A stretch of DNA of 64,000 bases, taken from assembly GCA_950097015.1 (NCBI GenBank), contig CATNEN010000039.1:17174001-17238000 (forward strand). Direction: 5' to 3'. The stretch is from Macrostomum hystrix. Its lineage: Eukaryota; Animalia; Platyhelminthes. The position numbers and the translations under genes were made by a program. The notes beneath the pieces are model-generated. The model saw nothing but the letters and a program-made list of their open reading frames with translations. It was not told the DNA's origin and did not search any database. Positions 35,901-47,069 of the stretch are shown in pieces (positions within the stretch are counted from its first letter, which is position 1; each line of letters opens with the position of its first letter).

Positions 35901-38900
35901 TTCAGTGGAAGAGGCAGAATTGCCTACAGCCCTACAGCCTTCCTACAAATATTATCTACTCTGTTTTTTCATTCTGTGGCTTTATCATTTGGTATAGGCC
36001 ATTCGTTAAGTAAGTCTACAAGACCTCTCTCCACGGTCGCACCCCTAATGTAGCTCAGGATCATTGGTGCGCGAGGAGTGAGTTCCGAAACGATACATTC
36101 GGTTATAATTCGGTTATAATTCGGTTATAATTATAAATTGTTTCAGCAAAAGTTTCGTCTAACTTCACTACGAAACAAGTTATAATAAAATAACGTATAG
36201 TTCGCCTCACCTCCACTAGAGGTTGTAGCCTAGTGGTTAGGGCGTCGGACTCACGACTTGAAGGTCGGGGGTTCGATTCCTGACTCCCCTGAACAATTTG
36301 TGTCCTTTAGCAAGACACTTAACTCTGCATTGCTTCAGTTCACCCAGCTGTTAAATGGGTACCAGCATCAGCTGGGATAATTGAAGGTGGGTGTGGCGTC
36401 CCCCCAGTCCATGGACTGAACAGCTGTACGCAGCCTTCAGATGCGCCGCGCATTAGCTGCGGCTGTGCTGTCGGCTGCACATCTGACCCAATTGGGGCAG
36501 GTGTAATCAATTAATCAATTATAGTTCGCAATGATATGAAACTGAAAACTTGGTCAGTTACTAGCGATGGAGACCTGATTAGTGCCGAGAAACACGAATG
36601 TGCGTCAGTGCGATTAAGAATTTTTCTGATCTTATCGTGTGCACTGTAAACTCTTAAGTTATAAAAAATGCTACATTTTCAACTGTTGCCCCTACAGTGA
36701 AGCCGTTTCTAAGGCCCGACCATTTTTATTAACCATTTGCGTTTGCTGCATCTGCGCCGATTGAGACAGCTACGATAATAATTTCATAATTTTTCCGTTT
36801 TAACGCGTTGTTAACTTTTTTAGCAATATTAATTTGTTTGGTTGAAATTAAAAGCAGCCACTTCGGCGGCACCCAACCCAACATGACCGGATGTTCATGG
36901 TCGCCGTCGATGTCCTTATCAGATAGTGAATTGTTTAGTTAGAGAGAGGCAACCTAAGGGTATCTACAATCACGAGCAAATAAATTTGGCTAGATTTCCA
37001 CATTGTATACAGGCGAATACCTGTATTCAAACTCAAGGCATTGCCGGGGCCTGTGTGGCGACCTTATCAAATGTTTACAGTGAAATGGCTGAAATAAGAA
37101 TTTCACATATTTATATATGTCAGCTAGTAAGAAACGCAGGGTAAGGGAGATTGGGTTATTTTAAGCAACGTGAGCATTGTAATTTTTTTGACAGGCAATT
37201 TAATCTTACGTTTTTCGTAAACGTTAAACGAGCGTACAGTTAAAACAAATAGTTCATTTTTATGTTGTTCGTTTCTATACGAGCGTATCGTCATTATTAA
37301 AGTAATATATTATTTATTTAATTATGTTTTCCTAATGAAATTGTGGTGACGTGACTCTGGTTGCGGCTAGCAGGCCCAGTCGAGGGCAAGATGCTGCTGG
37401 TGGTCCTCGATGCCCACTCCAAGTGGATGGACGTGCATGTCATGACGTCCAAAACTTCGGCTGCGACCATCCAGAGGCTGCGGCAGAGCTTCTGCACTCA
37501 TGGGCTGCCAGACATCATCGTGACGGACAGCGAGGAGATGGAGAAGTTTCTGCAGCAGAACGGCATCCGGCACGTGCGGACCGCGCCCTACCACCCGGCG
37601 GCCAACGGGCAGGCGGAGCGAGCGGTCCAAACGCTAAAGAAGTCGCTGGCGAAGCAGAAGAGCGGCTCGCTGGAGAACCGGGTGGCGCGCTTCCTGCTGA
37701 CCTACCGCGTGACGCCCCACGCCACGACTGGCGCCCCGCCATGTCAGCTGCTGATGGGGAGGCGGCTGCGGTCCCTACTCGATCGAGTGCGGCCCGATCT
37801 TCCAGCGAGGGTGGCTCTCCAGCAAGCGATACAGAAACAGCAACACGACGCCAACGCCCGTGATCGCCACATCGAGGTAGGCGATGCTGTGGTGGCGAGA
37901 GACTTCGCGGCAGATGGCAGATGGAAGCTTGCAGTGGTGACTGCCAGCGTCTTTCTCGTGCCAGTTCGACGACGGCCGGCAGGCTCAGCGCCACATCGAT
38001 CAGCTGCGCAAGCCGCTGCCAACCGCGCCAGCCGCTGCGGCCCAGGAGTCGGAAACCGAGCCGGTCGCGGAACCGGCGGCAGCGGAAACCCAGACATCTG
38101 CTGCGGCAGCTGCTGTCGCCAGCGACGCCGCAGGCACGGGCAACTCGGTGCCGATTCGACGGTCAACCAGACAGCGAGCTGCACCTGACAGACTGAGCTT
38201 TTTTTTAGTCACTGACATTTTTTTGTCATGACTTTTGCTTTGCTTCATGGTTAATTACTTTGATTGCTTTATTCCCCGGTTCCAGATTTTTTTGTGGGGA
38301 GGGATGTGGTGACGTGACTCTGGTTGCGGCTGGCTAAGGCAGGTGTGTTGTGCACCTGCCCGCACGTTATCTAATTATTTAGATGTAGATGTAAAGTGTG
38401 TGTACGTGCTTTTAACCTTTTAACGTTTCTATCCTATGTGCACGCGCGGAGTCCCTAATACTGCTATCGATTTGATCAATATAAAAGTCACTGCATCATC
38501 TCTTTGAGAGGTTGAGAATCGTTCTACGAGTTGGGATCTGTGGAGTGAACCATCTATTGTGTGTGTGTCTTGGGATCTGTGGAGTGAACCATCTATTGTG
38601 TGTGTGTCTTGGGATCTGTGGAGTGAACCATCTATTGTGTGTCTGTCTTGAGATCTGTGGAGTGAACCATCTATTGTGTGTCTGTCTTGAGATCTGTGGA
38701 GTGAACCATCTATTGTGTGTCTGTCTTGAGATCTGTGGAGTGAACCATCTATTGTGTGTGTGTCTTGGGATCTGTGGAGTGAACCATCTATTGTGTGTGT
38801 GTCTTGGGATCAGTGGAGTGAACCATCTATTGTGTGTCTGTCTTGGGATCTGTGGATTGAACCATCTATTGTGTGTGTGTCTTGGGATCTGTGGATTGAA

Positions 38901-40522
38901 CCATCTATTGTGTGTGTGTCTTGGGATCCGTGGAGTGAATCATCTATTGTGTGTCTGTCTTGGGATCTGTGGAGTGAACCATCTATTGTGTGTCTGTCTT
39001 GGGATATGTGGAGTGAACCATCTATTGTGTGTCTGTCTTGGGATCTGTGGATTGAACCATCTATTGTGTGTGTGTCTTGGGATCCGTGGAGTGAATCATC
39101 TATTGTGTGTCTGTCTTGAGATCTGTGGAGTGAACCATCTATTGTGTGTCTGTCTTGGGATCTGTGGAGTGAACCATCTATTGTGTGTCTGTCTTGGGAT
39201 CTGTGGAGTGAACCATCTATTGTGTGTCTGTCTTGAGATCTGTGGAGTGAACCATCTATTGTGTGTCTGTCTTGAGATCTGTGGAGTGAACCATCTATTG
39301 TGTGTCTGTCTTGAGATCTGTGGAGTGAACCATCTATTGTGTGTGTGTCTTGGGATCTGTGGAGTGAACCATCTGTGGAGTGAACACACAACCATCTATT
39401 GTGTGTGTGTGTGTCCTGGGACGAGTACAATCTTAAGCAAAGTCTTTTTACATAAACAATTACTTCTATTGTCATTATCATAAAATAAGTTATCACTCAC
39501 ACTAAATTGCCACTGTTTCAAATGGGTTTTACTCCAAAGCCTTTCTCGTGAGAGTTTATAAGCTTCAGAGAAGCCATTTTTTGTTTTCTTTTACTTTTGT
39601 TTTTCTGGTATTACTCACAAAGCTCGTCAGTTCAAATAAAATATGTTAGTCTTTGTTCAAAGAGATTTCATGTTATTCCGTTCAAAAAACACCTATTGTT
39701 ATCATGCTTGTTTTACTGAATTGAAATCCTAGGAAAATTCTTCGTTACTGATTTACTCACCTGTTCAACCACGCCGTCAAAACTGCAGCGCACAATAGCT
39801 GACAACGGCACAGAAGCATCTCCAACCTTTCTCTTCAGGTGTCCGCAAACGTACAGTCGCTCTTTGTACACCTTGACATCGGTTGGGCGCAGCTTGACGC
39901 CGCCGTGAAGCCGGATCTGCAAGATTTTGCACGCCTTGGCCATCAACAGATCCGAGCTGGCCGACTTTGACCGCGTGTCCAGCCTCAGAATGTCTGGCGA
40001 GTCTTTGAAGATCAAGAAGGCCAGGCCGTTGTTGGACATTGCTATCCCCACAATGTCACCGTCCACTAACGGACGATTCTGCTCCTCGGCGTTTTCCTGG
40101 GCGTCGCCAGTGGAGTCCAGGAGCAGATTCTCCCGGCTGCTGGCGTTGAACTCCTCGTCGGCTCGCAGGCTGGCCACGTTCAGCAGCATGAAGGTTCGAT
40201 AGCCACCGCGGCTGCTGGCTTTGGGACTGAGTCCGGTACTCTCCGGCGCGATATTCTCTTCGTCGGTTTCCAGCAGCGGCTGGTGCAGAAGCTGATGATC
40301 GTCGTGGCCTCTGACCGGGATGTAGGCACTCAGAATGTCGCTGAGGCGTTTCAGACTGTCGCGACCTTTGGTGCGCCGAAATGTGACCGGGGCGCCGGGG
40401 GCAAAGGAGCCCAGGTCGACGCTGGGTTCGTCGGCCGCTGCTATGTCAGCCTCCATGCTGCTGCCGGCTGGGTGCTCTTTCTCATGGCGTCGACGAAGAG
40501 CTGCGGTGTCCGCTGCAGCCAT
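29938..40522 (-). CDS. Uncharacterised ~492-aa protein; disordered N-terminus plus possible beta-propeller (NHL/TolB-like) region
   Basis: Exons 40522-39761, 35582-35208 and 30279-29938, both introns phase 0 with GTGAG donors and CAG acceptors. Repeated beta-strand-like segments (IVGIAMSNNGLAFL, PTDVKVYKERLYVC, LGFDIDPTDDQLVV, LGCVALT) suggest propeller blades; the fold is an inference. Confidence 0.75.
30375..31798 (+). repeat. 32-bp minisatellite, array 2 (same orientation as array 1)
   Basis: Direct inspection. Confidence 0.95.
32248..34125 (+). CDS. Intronless orphan ~625-aa Pro/Ser/Thr-rich protein with a single C-terminal transmembrane helix (tail-anchored), nested antisense in intron 2 of the 29938-40522 gene
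   Basis: Non-repetitive GC-rich 652-codon ORF (32167-34125) in AT-rich surroundings. TATAAG near 32200 precedes ATG 32248 (ATG 32185 is an alternative). C-terminal hydrophobic run ILIYFFVVLLVLIVAYVI followed by HTELI*. Confidence 0.75.
   Translation: MTAAAPSAQKLVAPTVEMRPRRTRRARLVHFIRRLFTAPLLAPPEVVDCGLGCGLGAVPSTQACSDDDETDDVSCRQTCTQLQQQHSCQSPHCRIQHRGSIRYRLVIKLVEADGSASPPNQDTPRPTPSPPPTPPKRPSQPNRITPNSISAEFRQAAFPLEAFPSTDSRQTSCSDAATAMPAEQATEFSTPRRPAPSLQPSTLSSTGSLLTKDQPEVLNRNAPNTGGSVNASLQRAPLSLRELIASSHADKRLEVPAEADASVRCKTFPKLHKVTAQILWQHLETTALLPPPPTSRSAITTKMTLVDIGAHNCLLQVHQEKQSTVKDGPPTDLAVFQARDCEFRGRVCMVAQIPRLSRMPDIAETVEGSNQRAEADSKQSVATDAVDHATATRPESTTAFVGRVAQTVQRFNSMSIPNMKEAVKKSAVVIPKTIIQQRQLRQNNLLQKRLGELKHNNQYSVSATASSKTTAEVRPVLRATSEKEPISIVDTNCVQTAESADTKTRMSLSDLLARFESLDRRRCERTAASKAMASEAAARVASAGLKTPASTAPLELPQPAIEMVADASTVGKDKPCLSGEVNPETQQRLEISESNVQFSCADILIYFFVVLLVLIVAYVIHTELI
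34555..35178 (-). repeat. 32-bp minisatellite, array 3 (inverted relative to arrays 1 and 2)
   Basis: Units TTCCCTCCTCACTCACTCAGCCTAGAACCAGC are the exact reverse complement. Confidence 0.95.
35672..35955 (+). mobile_element. SINE family A copy (5' degraded, internal deletion)
   Basis: Shares the body with the 14064 element, including ctgcctgacgatgagaaagtcagg. Confidence 0.8.
36206..36519 (+). mobile_element. tRNA-derived SINE family B with CORE-like central domain, full-length copy
   Basis: tRNA head (TAGCCTAGTGG; GGTTCGATTCC), central TGTGTCCTTTAGCAAGACACTTAACTCTGCATTGCTTCAGTTCACCCAGCTGTTAAATGGG, candidate TSD TATAGTTCGC (36196-36205 / 36520-36529). Confidence 0.85.
37342..38500 (+). mobile_element. 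Internally deleted Ty3/Gypsy LTR retrotransposon (integrase remnant, polypurine tract, 3' LTR)
   Basis: Integrase-like translation AGPVEGKMLLVVLDAHSKW...GLPDIIVTD...TAPYHPAANGQAERAVQTLK...YRVTPHATTG. The 27-mer TGTGGTGACGTGACTCTGGTTGCGGCT occurs at 37342 and 38305, the second copy directly after the purine tract GGGGAGGGA. The LTR 3' end is uncertain. Confidence 0.88.
38531..39420. repeat. 39-bp minisatellite (TTGGGATCTGTGGAGTGAACCATCTATTGTGTGTSTGTC)
   Basis: Direct inspection. Confidence 0.95.
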
Positions 40523-40571
40523 GATGGATTCTTGCGATGTTGTCGCCTCTAACAGATGATAGAGGAAGGTG

Positions 40572-40655
40572 AGTGGCTGAGATGTCAAATGCCTCCGCGC
40601 CGAGGCCACACTTATTTGGGACGTAGCCGCCGAGAGAAGGCTTGTCGTGAAAGAC
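40572..40655 (+). mobile_element. SINE family A fragment
   Basis: cgaggccacacttatttggg..agccgccgagagaaggcttgtcgtg matches the family A 5' body. Confidence 0.6.
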
Positions 40656-41035
40656 ACCGCACGTCTCACGCCCCAGCGCCAACGCACACAACTCACACAA
40701 CGCAGAACAGGCACACAGAAAGGTAGGAGCGAAGCTATTATTTCAAGCTTTGATTGCACGAAATATGGTGCACCTCCGCCGGTCGCTACAGTCCAAACCC
40801 ACCAACAAGTCCCGAAATTAATCGTGACTTGAAGGGTGAATCGAACTAGCGTCCTTTGGAGTGCGAGGCAGCGACGTTAGCCGCTGACCCACTCGCCCCC
40901 TGGATTCGCCATAGAACAATGAACATAGTACAGAGCAATTTTTGTTCTTGTCACCAGGGTATTTTCACAGTTGTCACAAAAAAACGAGATCGCTGAATAT
41001 CTCGAAGATCCTGGCTAGGACGGTTTTGAAAATTA

Positions 41036-41096
41036 CGTGTACACACCTGTGTGCGTGTGTGCTCAGGAATCAGCGAAATGGGCGGAATTGCCTCCT
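41036..41096 (+). mobile_element. SINE family A internal fragment
   Basis: gtacacacctgtgtgcgtgtgtgctcagg..tcagcgaaat..gaattgcctc is nearly identical to 14269-14327. Confidence 0.7.
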
Positions 41097-41671
41097 ATTT
41101 TAGCAATTTGGTGGAAAAAAAGTTACTTACGTAAATCAAATTGAGACCCAATACTCGTTTGCGGAAGTCTTGGGTGTTGCAAATTGACGTCAGACAGTTA
41201 AATTCGACCTTGCTTGAACTGATACTTGTGTTAATAACTATACTAAACTCTATATAAATATTCAGCATGCGTTTCCTGGTGCACACAATCAGCTATAAAA
41301 TGTGCAGAGGTACAGAGGAAAGTGTCTAACCCGTCAGTGTCCGCAGCTATTGGCCTAGCTAGAAAATTTCAACTCTGTGCCTATGCACTCAATACTAGTG
41401 AGTGCTGCGTACACGAAACAACTTATAGTTGGTGAATTGTGGAATTCGCTGCACATATTGCGCAGTATAGGCCGTGCATGTTTGCATCTGTCGCAGCCCA
41501 TCAAACTGATCTCTCAAGTAACGAAGCATTAGAGCTATAGAGCTTGTAGTCGCTAATGCGAAATGAAGAAACGCGCACGAAGTGCAAATAATAATTTCAG
41601 TGTATGAGGGGCTTTTTAGGGTTAATAATTTTGTTCATGTTTTTTGTATATCTTCGAATTGCAAGAGGTAA

Positions 41672-42027
41672 AAACTCAAAGTCTGGGAACTCAAGGTCTG
41701 GGAACTCAAGGTCTGGGAACTCAAGACCTGGGAACTCAAGGCCTGGGAACTCAATTTCTCGGAACTCAAGGTCTCGGAACTCAAGTTCTCGGAACTCAAG
41801 GTCTGGGAACTCAAGGTCTGGGAATTCAAGGTCTGGGAACTCAAGGTCTGGGAACTCAAGGTCTGGGAACTCAAGGTCTGGGAACTCAAGGTCTGGGAAC
41901 TCAAGTTCTCGGAACTCAAGGTCTGGGAACTCAAGTTCTCGGAACTCAAGTTCTGGGAACTCAAGGTCTCAGAGCTCAAGCTCTCGGAGCTCAGGGTCTC
42001 GGAATTCAAGGTCTTGGAACTCAAGGC
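41672..42027. repeat. 15-bp minisatellite (GGAACTCAAGGTCTG)
   Basis: Direct inspection. Confidence 0.92.
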
Positions 42028-42532
42028 TTTTAATTAAAGCGAAAACGAGTTTCCTGTGCTGTGAATTGTACTGTAAAGAACCAATTGGCCTTCAAACTGC
42101 TAAATTATTCATAGCGTATTTTGATTAAGTCAAACTGCCCGCAGAGCCTGGAGAGTTAATTAAGAAAATCTGGGCAACCTAATGATGGCCCCAGAATCTG
42201 GCGATAACTTTTTAAGCTGTTTTTGCGGTCTCGCGCTGCCAGGTTTATAAATTATTCAAATACAAAACCGCCGCTGTATATAAATTCTTTTAGACCACGG
42301 CAGAATAGTCTCACATAAGAGTCGAGCAGTGAATCGAGAGCTGCTCTGAGCTCGTCATTTTAATTTTAATTTTCCTATTTTAGGCTGGTATTTAGCAGGC
42401 CAGTGTGCAAGCTCGAGTGTACCCACACGTACATTCTGGAGTGTTGCCAGAATATTAACTAGCTGCGCTGTGCACATTCTCTCTCTCTCTCTTTCGCTCT
42501 CTACCGAGTCTAGTTCGAATGTGCGAGCATTC

Positions 42533-42547
42533 GTTGCCTAGGACAAC
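42533..42547 (+). promoter_or_regulatory. Candidate RFX X-box upstream of the DYDC-like gene
   Basis: Imperfect palindrome GTTGCC-TAG-GACAAC about 130 bp upstream of the ATG of a probable ciliary gene. Confidence 0.55.
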
Positions 42548-42678
42548 AAGTTGTTATAATAGCCCCCAGTTTTGTCTGACCAATTCTACCCGGCGCCAAT
42601 TTGAATTCATTTAGTCGCAAAGTATTCTGAAACAAATATTCTGTGAAGAAAGTGTTTTAATACAGTAACAATCGAAGC

Positions 42679-44489
42679 ATGTCGTCGACTCCGTTCAACC
42701 TGGACAAGGTGCAAACTCGGGACTTCACACCTGAGCCGAGAAAGCCGCACTCCAAGGCCACCAGGGAGGCGCAGTACCTCATCGACCAGGTGGGCCCAGC
42801 GTTGACAGCTGGCGTGTCTCAAATTGTTCAACAGAAGCCGCGCGATCCTATTGAATTTCTCAGTCAGTACCTGATGAAATACGCCGACTCGATTCGCTAC
42901 CACAAGGAGCAGGAGGAGCTGGCGCAGAGGATCAAGGAGGAGGAGGAGGTGAATGAGGGGAACGGGATGTCATTGTTAAACATCTACCCACTCGTAGATG
43001 AGCTGTTAGATCGCTGTTCCAAAATGATCAAATTATATCAGAACGAATCTATTAAGGAACGCAGCTTTTAGACAAAAACGCGGATGGAAAATTCGGAAAT
43101 ACGTCGCAATACAAAAATAGAAATGTCGTTACTGCTAAGGGCAGAGCTGTCTGACGGATGGAGCACTCATCTTCAAACGTCTGGTGCTTCCACGATTTAT
43201 CCGAAGTGTCTTGCAACAGGACAAAACTTTTTTTGGAGTCCGGAATCGAACCCCCGACCTTCAAGTCGTGAGTCGGACGCTCTAACGATTAGGCTACAAC
43301 CCTGCAAAGCCAACGGCCACTCAGAAATTACCATCGTCGCACAATTTATGAAGCATTCGCAATCGAAAACCAATTATCCGCAGGCCGAGCGTCTTGAAGA
43401 GCTTCGACGCAAGGAGATCGCGGAGGAGCAGCGCCAGATGCTGGAGCGCAAACGCCAGCTGGAGCGGGAGCGCGCCGAAGAGGAGGAGCGACAGCGCCGA
43501 GAGGCCGAAGAAGCTCGACTCCGCGCCGAAGAGGAGGAGCGACAACGGGCCGAGCGGGCGGCCGCCGAGGTTGAAATCCCGGAGGGCGACGCCGACGATG
43601 ACGGCGAGACGAAGGAGGACGGCGAAGGTAATACAAGTCGAGTTTCCTTGGCAAATATAGTCAATGGAAAATAAGGCTATAGCGACCTTAATTTGGGACG
43701 TTGTTAAGACTTTCTTTTCGATGCCGATGTTCCGGCACCCACGCACAGTGTACACATCTGCCTCTGATTTTCTTGTCGTCAGGCTCAGTGTCCACTCTCA
43801 CTGTGCCTTGGCTGTTGGTTTCAAGGTCGTAAATTTCCGAGCCAAAAGATAAAATAGGTAATCTTAGAAGCGACATTTTAACTACAAATCCTTGAGAGTA
43901 AGCAGTTCTTTGAAGTAGGAGTTTTAACCTAGAGGTTAGAGCATGGACTAACGACCTGGAGGTCGTGCAGGGGTTCGATTCCCGAATTCACTGGAGCAAC
44001 TTGCGTATTTTTGCAGGACACTCACTCTACATCGCTTCAGTTAGCTGTGTGCTAGCATTATGGGGTATTAAGGGTGGGTGTGACGTCCTTCCAGTCCATG
44101 GACTGAACAGCCGTACGCAGACTTCAGATGCTCCGCGCAATAGCTGCAGCTGAGCTGCTGTCGGCTGCATATCTGGCTTAATTGAGCAGTTGTAATAAGT
44201 TAGTATTACTTTTAAGTTATAAAGTTTTGATAGTTCTATTTATAGCAACAAAGAACCAGGCAAAAATATTTATTTCGATTTATTTTCGTTCAGAAAAGTT
44301 TTGTAAAGCTGCTTATGTTACATCACAGGCGAGACATCAGCTGCTCCACCAGCTGATCAGGAGGGCGAGTCAGCTGAACCTGCGGCTGGCGATGATACTG
44401 TCGCAGCCGAAGGCAATCAAGAAGGCGAGGCTGAGGCCGAGGCTGAGGGCGAGGGCGAGGCGGCGGAGGAGGAGGAAGATGCGGAATGA
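42679..44489 (+). CDS. DYDC: DPY30 domain-containing protein (DYDC1/2-like, probably ciliary), ~224 aa
   Basis: Exons 42679-42948, 43384-43627 and 44329-44489 (675 nt). Dpy-30 motif YLIDQVGPALTAGVSQIVQQKPRDPIEFLSQYL, then an E/R coiled coil and an acidic tail. Confidence 0.8.
43203..43302 (-). mobile_element. SINE family B 5' fragment (tRNA head)
   Basis: Reverse complement reads ggttgtagcctaatcgttagagcgtccgactcacgacttgaaggtcgggggttcgattcc, as at 36221. Confidence 0.75.
43925..44197 (+). mobile_element. SINE family B copy (diverged)
   Basis: Shares ggttcgattcc, ccagtccatggactgaacag and gctgtcggctgca with the 36206 copy. Confidence 0.8.
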
Positions 44490-47069
44490 TGACGTCAATA
44501 TTTGTCCCCTGATTTAGCAGTGTTCATGGGAGAACTAATTATATAATAATTGGTGAAAAGTTTGCCGCACTTCAAAGAGAAATTCTCGTACCAAAAAGTT
44601 TTGTTTACATTTTTTACATAGATTTTGTAATTTCTTCTGCTTTTGTTTATTTTTCATGTTTCACGGATGAAACTTTCTGAATGCGTGGAAAATATACTAC
44701 ATGCTTACTTTAAAATGAACCGGATGGTATTCAAAAGTATTGTTTGCTTTGCTCAGCGTTTACTTAATTATGGAACCAGGACAATTGCTAAACTTCCATG
44801 CTGTTTAAGATTTGTGATTTGGCAATTCGAGAGCAGGAACCTTCAGAACTCTAAAAAGCAGTCAAAATTGAAAAGCAATATTATTCTCATTTAGCTTTGA
44901 ACTTATTGTACAATTATGTCGAATTCTTCTTCAGGTGCATCTATCTAGTGTCACAGCCTAATGTTCTTCTCATCAAATATTAGCTCCTTCCTGTACCTTG
45001 TATAATGAACGCATACGTGCTACATGAACTATTAAAAACGGTTACAAATTAATAAAACTGCAGCTGCCCCATCGTGTGGAAGAAAAGTATTTTCATGCTA
45101 ATTATTATCGGCTTTCGATGCTTAATAGCTCTGATGAGGTAAAATATATAAGATGCGACATCATTTGATAGTGTAATTGCGAAGAACTTCGTATTATATA
45201 GTTGGTTAATGTAGGAACACGCAGCAAATTAGCACATGCAAGTTACAATTGTCACATCGCGTGCAATTCGACCTCATGGTTTCATATAATCTTAATTCGC
45301 ATATATATAGTTATTATCCAGAAGGTGCTAAATGAGGATGATTTATTTAATCGCCGTAAAATACAAGGAGGACTGGAGTGTCGTTTATGTAAGTAGTCCT
45401 TGGTAAAATCTTGAGCTTATCATTCAAAAAGTGTCTATCTGGCACTTTAAAAAAACCAGATAGGATTTAGGATTTAGGGTTTAGGATTTAGTATCCTAAA
45501 TCGTATGCAGAGAAGAAGTAAACCCAAAGCTAAAAAAGTTAACTTTTTTGTTTATAATTTTTTTTGCTTGTAGAACTTTTTACTGAACCGTTTCTCTGTT
45601 TTTATATCAAATGTCACGCGTTTTGGCACCGCTTTAAAAGGCTGATTTTCATAGAAACCGCTGAGCCAATTTCGGTTTCATTGCTGAATCCCGATGGTCG
45701 ATGAAAAGCGAGGCTACCTACCCTCAAGACTCGCACTCTGGATGCACTCTTCCAAAACACACATGGGTGGCCAGACTGTCCATGACAAACTGTGATGAAA
45801 TATTTGACCAACAATTGTGTCCAGCTTGCAGTCTGAAGTCAAGCATGACCATGGGCTTTGATAGATGTATTTTGGTGCTTTGATAAACAAAATGTAGCTT
45901 CACTTAGGTTTGATTGAATTTTGATTATGTTTGATTTGATTAAAGCAAAAAAATCTAGGTTATTTTCTTTATACTAGTATTAGTCTGCAATAACATTTTC
46001 TGTGACAGAAGTATAAACTGAAGTTTGAATCTACTAGCTAATTCTAAATGTAAAAAAGTATTGTTTCTGTAATTTAGAATATAAAACTATTTGTATTTTT
46101 GGGTCAATTGTAGCTTGCTGAAGATTAAATATTATGTTTCATTCAAAAAATTATTTTTTTATCTTTGCTCAAAAAGCAATCAAGATAGGCCTACATGATG
46201 GATATTTCAATGAAGATTCAAAACTTTTTTGAACATCACATTCTAGTACAAGTAATAGGGCCTGCTAGTATTATTTGTTAGCAAATATGTAAAATGCCTA
46301 TTTACCATGTAATCTAGCTAGGCTATATTGTCATGTAACTTCTGTGTTTGCTTTAAAATAAGAACCATAGCCATGACCTATGTCTTGTCTTTTATATAGC
46401 ATATAAAGGATATTTATGGTATTAAAATATAATTAGTAGCCTCCTTTCCTAATTGACTAATGTCTGGTTCATTGAAGTAATTCAAGTCAGGAAATTTTTT
46501 CTGTTGTCATCTACATACAAAGCTTTCTACCTTGCTAGCTATTTTATTGACTTGTTTGGTACAATTCAACTACGAGCGTGTTTGCCACACCATGGCTTCT
46601 TTAGAAGTAGTTTTAACATTTTTGTGAATATGCAGAGGTAGTAATTGTGAACTAGCAAAATAATATCAAGATTTCTAGATAAATAACATAAAACATAACG
46701 AAATGTTCAGTAATGTATTAAAGTATGGAATTTTTCAAGTTGGCTACAACAATGGCATTAACATACTACTATATACATATACTTGTATCAACAGTAATAT
46801 TGCTATATCATGCATATTGGCACTATGAAAGTTAATAAAATAAACATGGAAGGCCTAGCTATAATTTAGTTTTGCAAACTTCTAAGTTTACTCTAGGGTA
46901 TCAATCATAAGACTGAGATTTAAAAAATGAATAAAGGAATTTTTTGCTAGTTCAATAACATTAGAATAATATTATCTATGGGTGAAACATTTTATTCATA
47001 AAAATTGATTTTTAAAGTAAAAGTTCTTTAGTTTTTTAATGCTTTTTTAAACAATAAAATGTGCAGCTA

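Noticed and set aside
36221-36292. tRNA gene (also 14070-14140, 43230-43300, 40830-40900)
   Set aside because: A and B boxes are present, but there is no proper acceptor stem and the better-preserved copies run into a shared SINE body; these are SINE heads.
40523-40759. N-terminal extension of the 348-aa ORF upstream of ATG 40522
   Set aside because: Runs through a SINE A fragment and past a splice-acceptor-like site near 40549, and has no ATG start.
45467-45502. Telomere-like TTTAGG(A/G) run; also TTAGGGG inside the 30-mer array at 56900-57830
   Set aside because: Too short or embedded in another unit; no true (TTAGGG)n tract.
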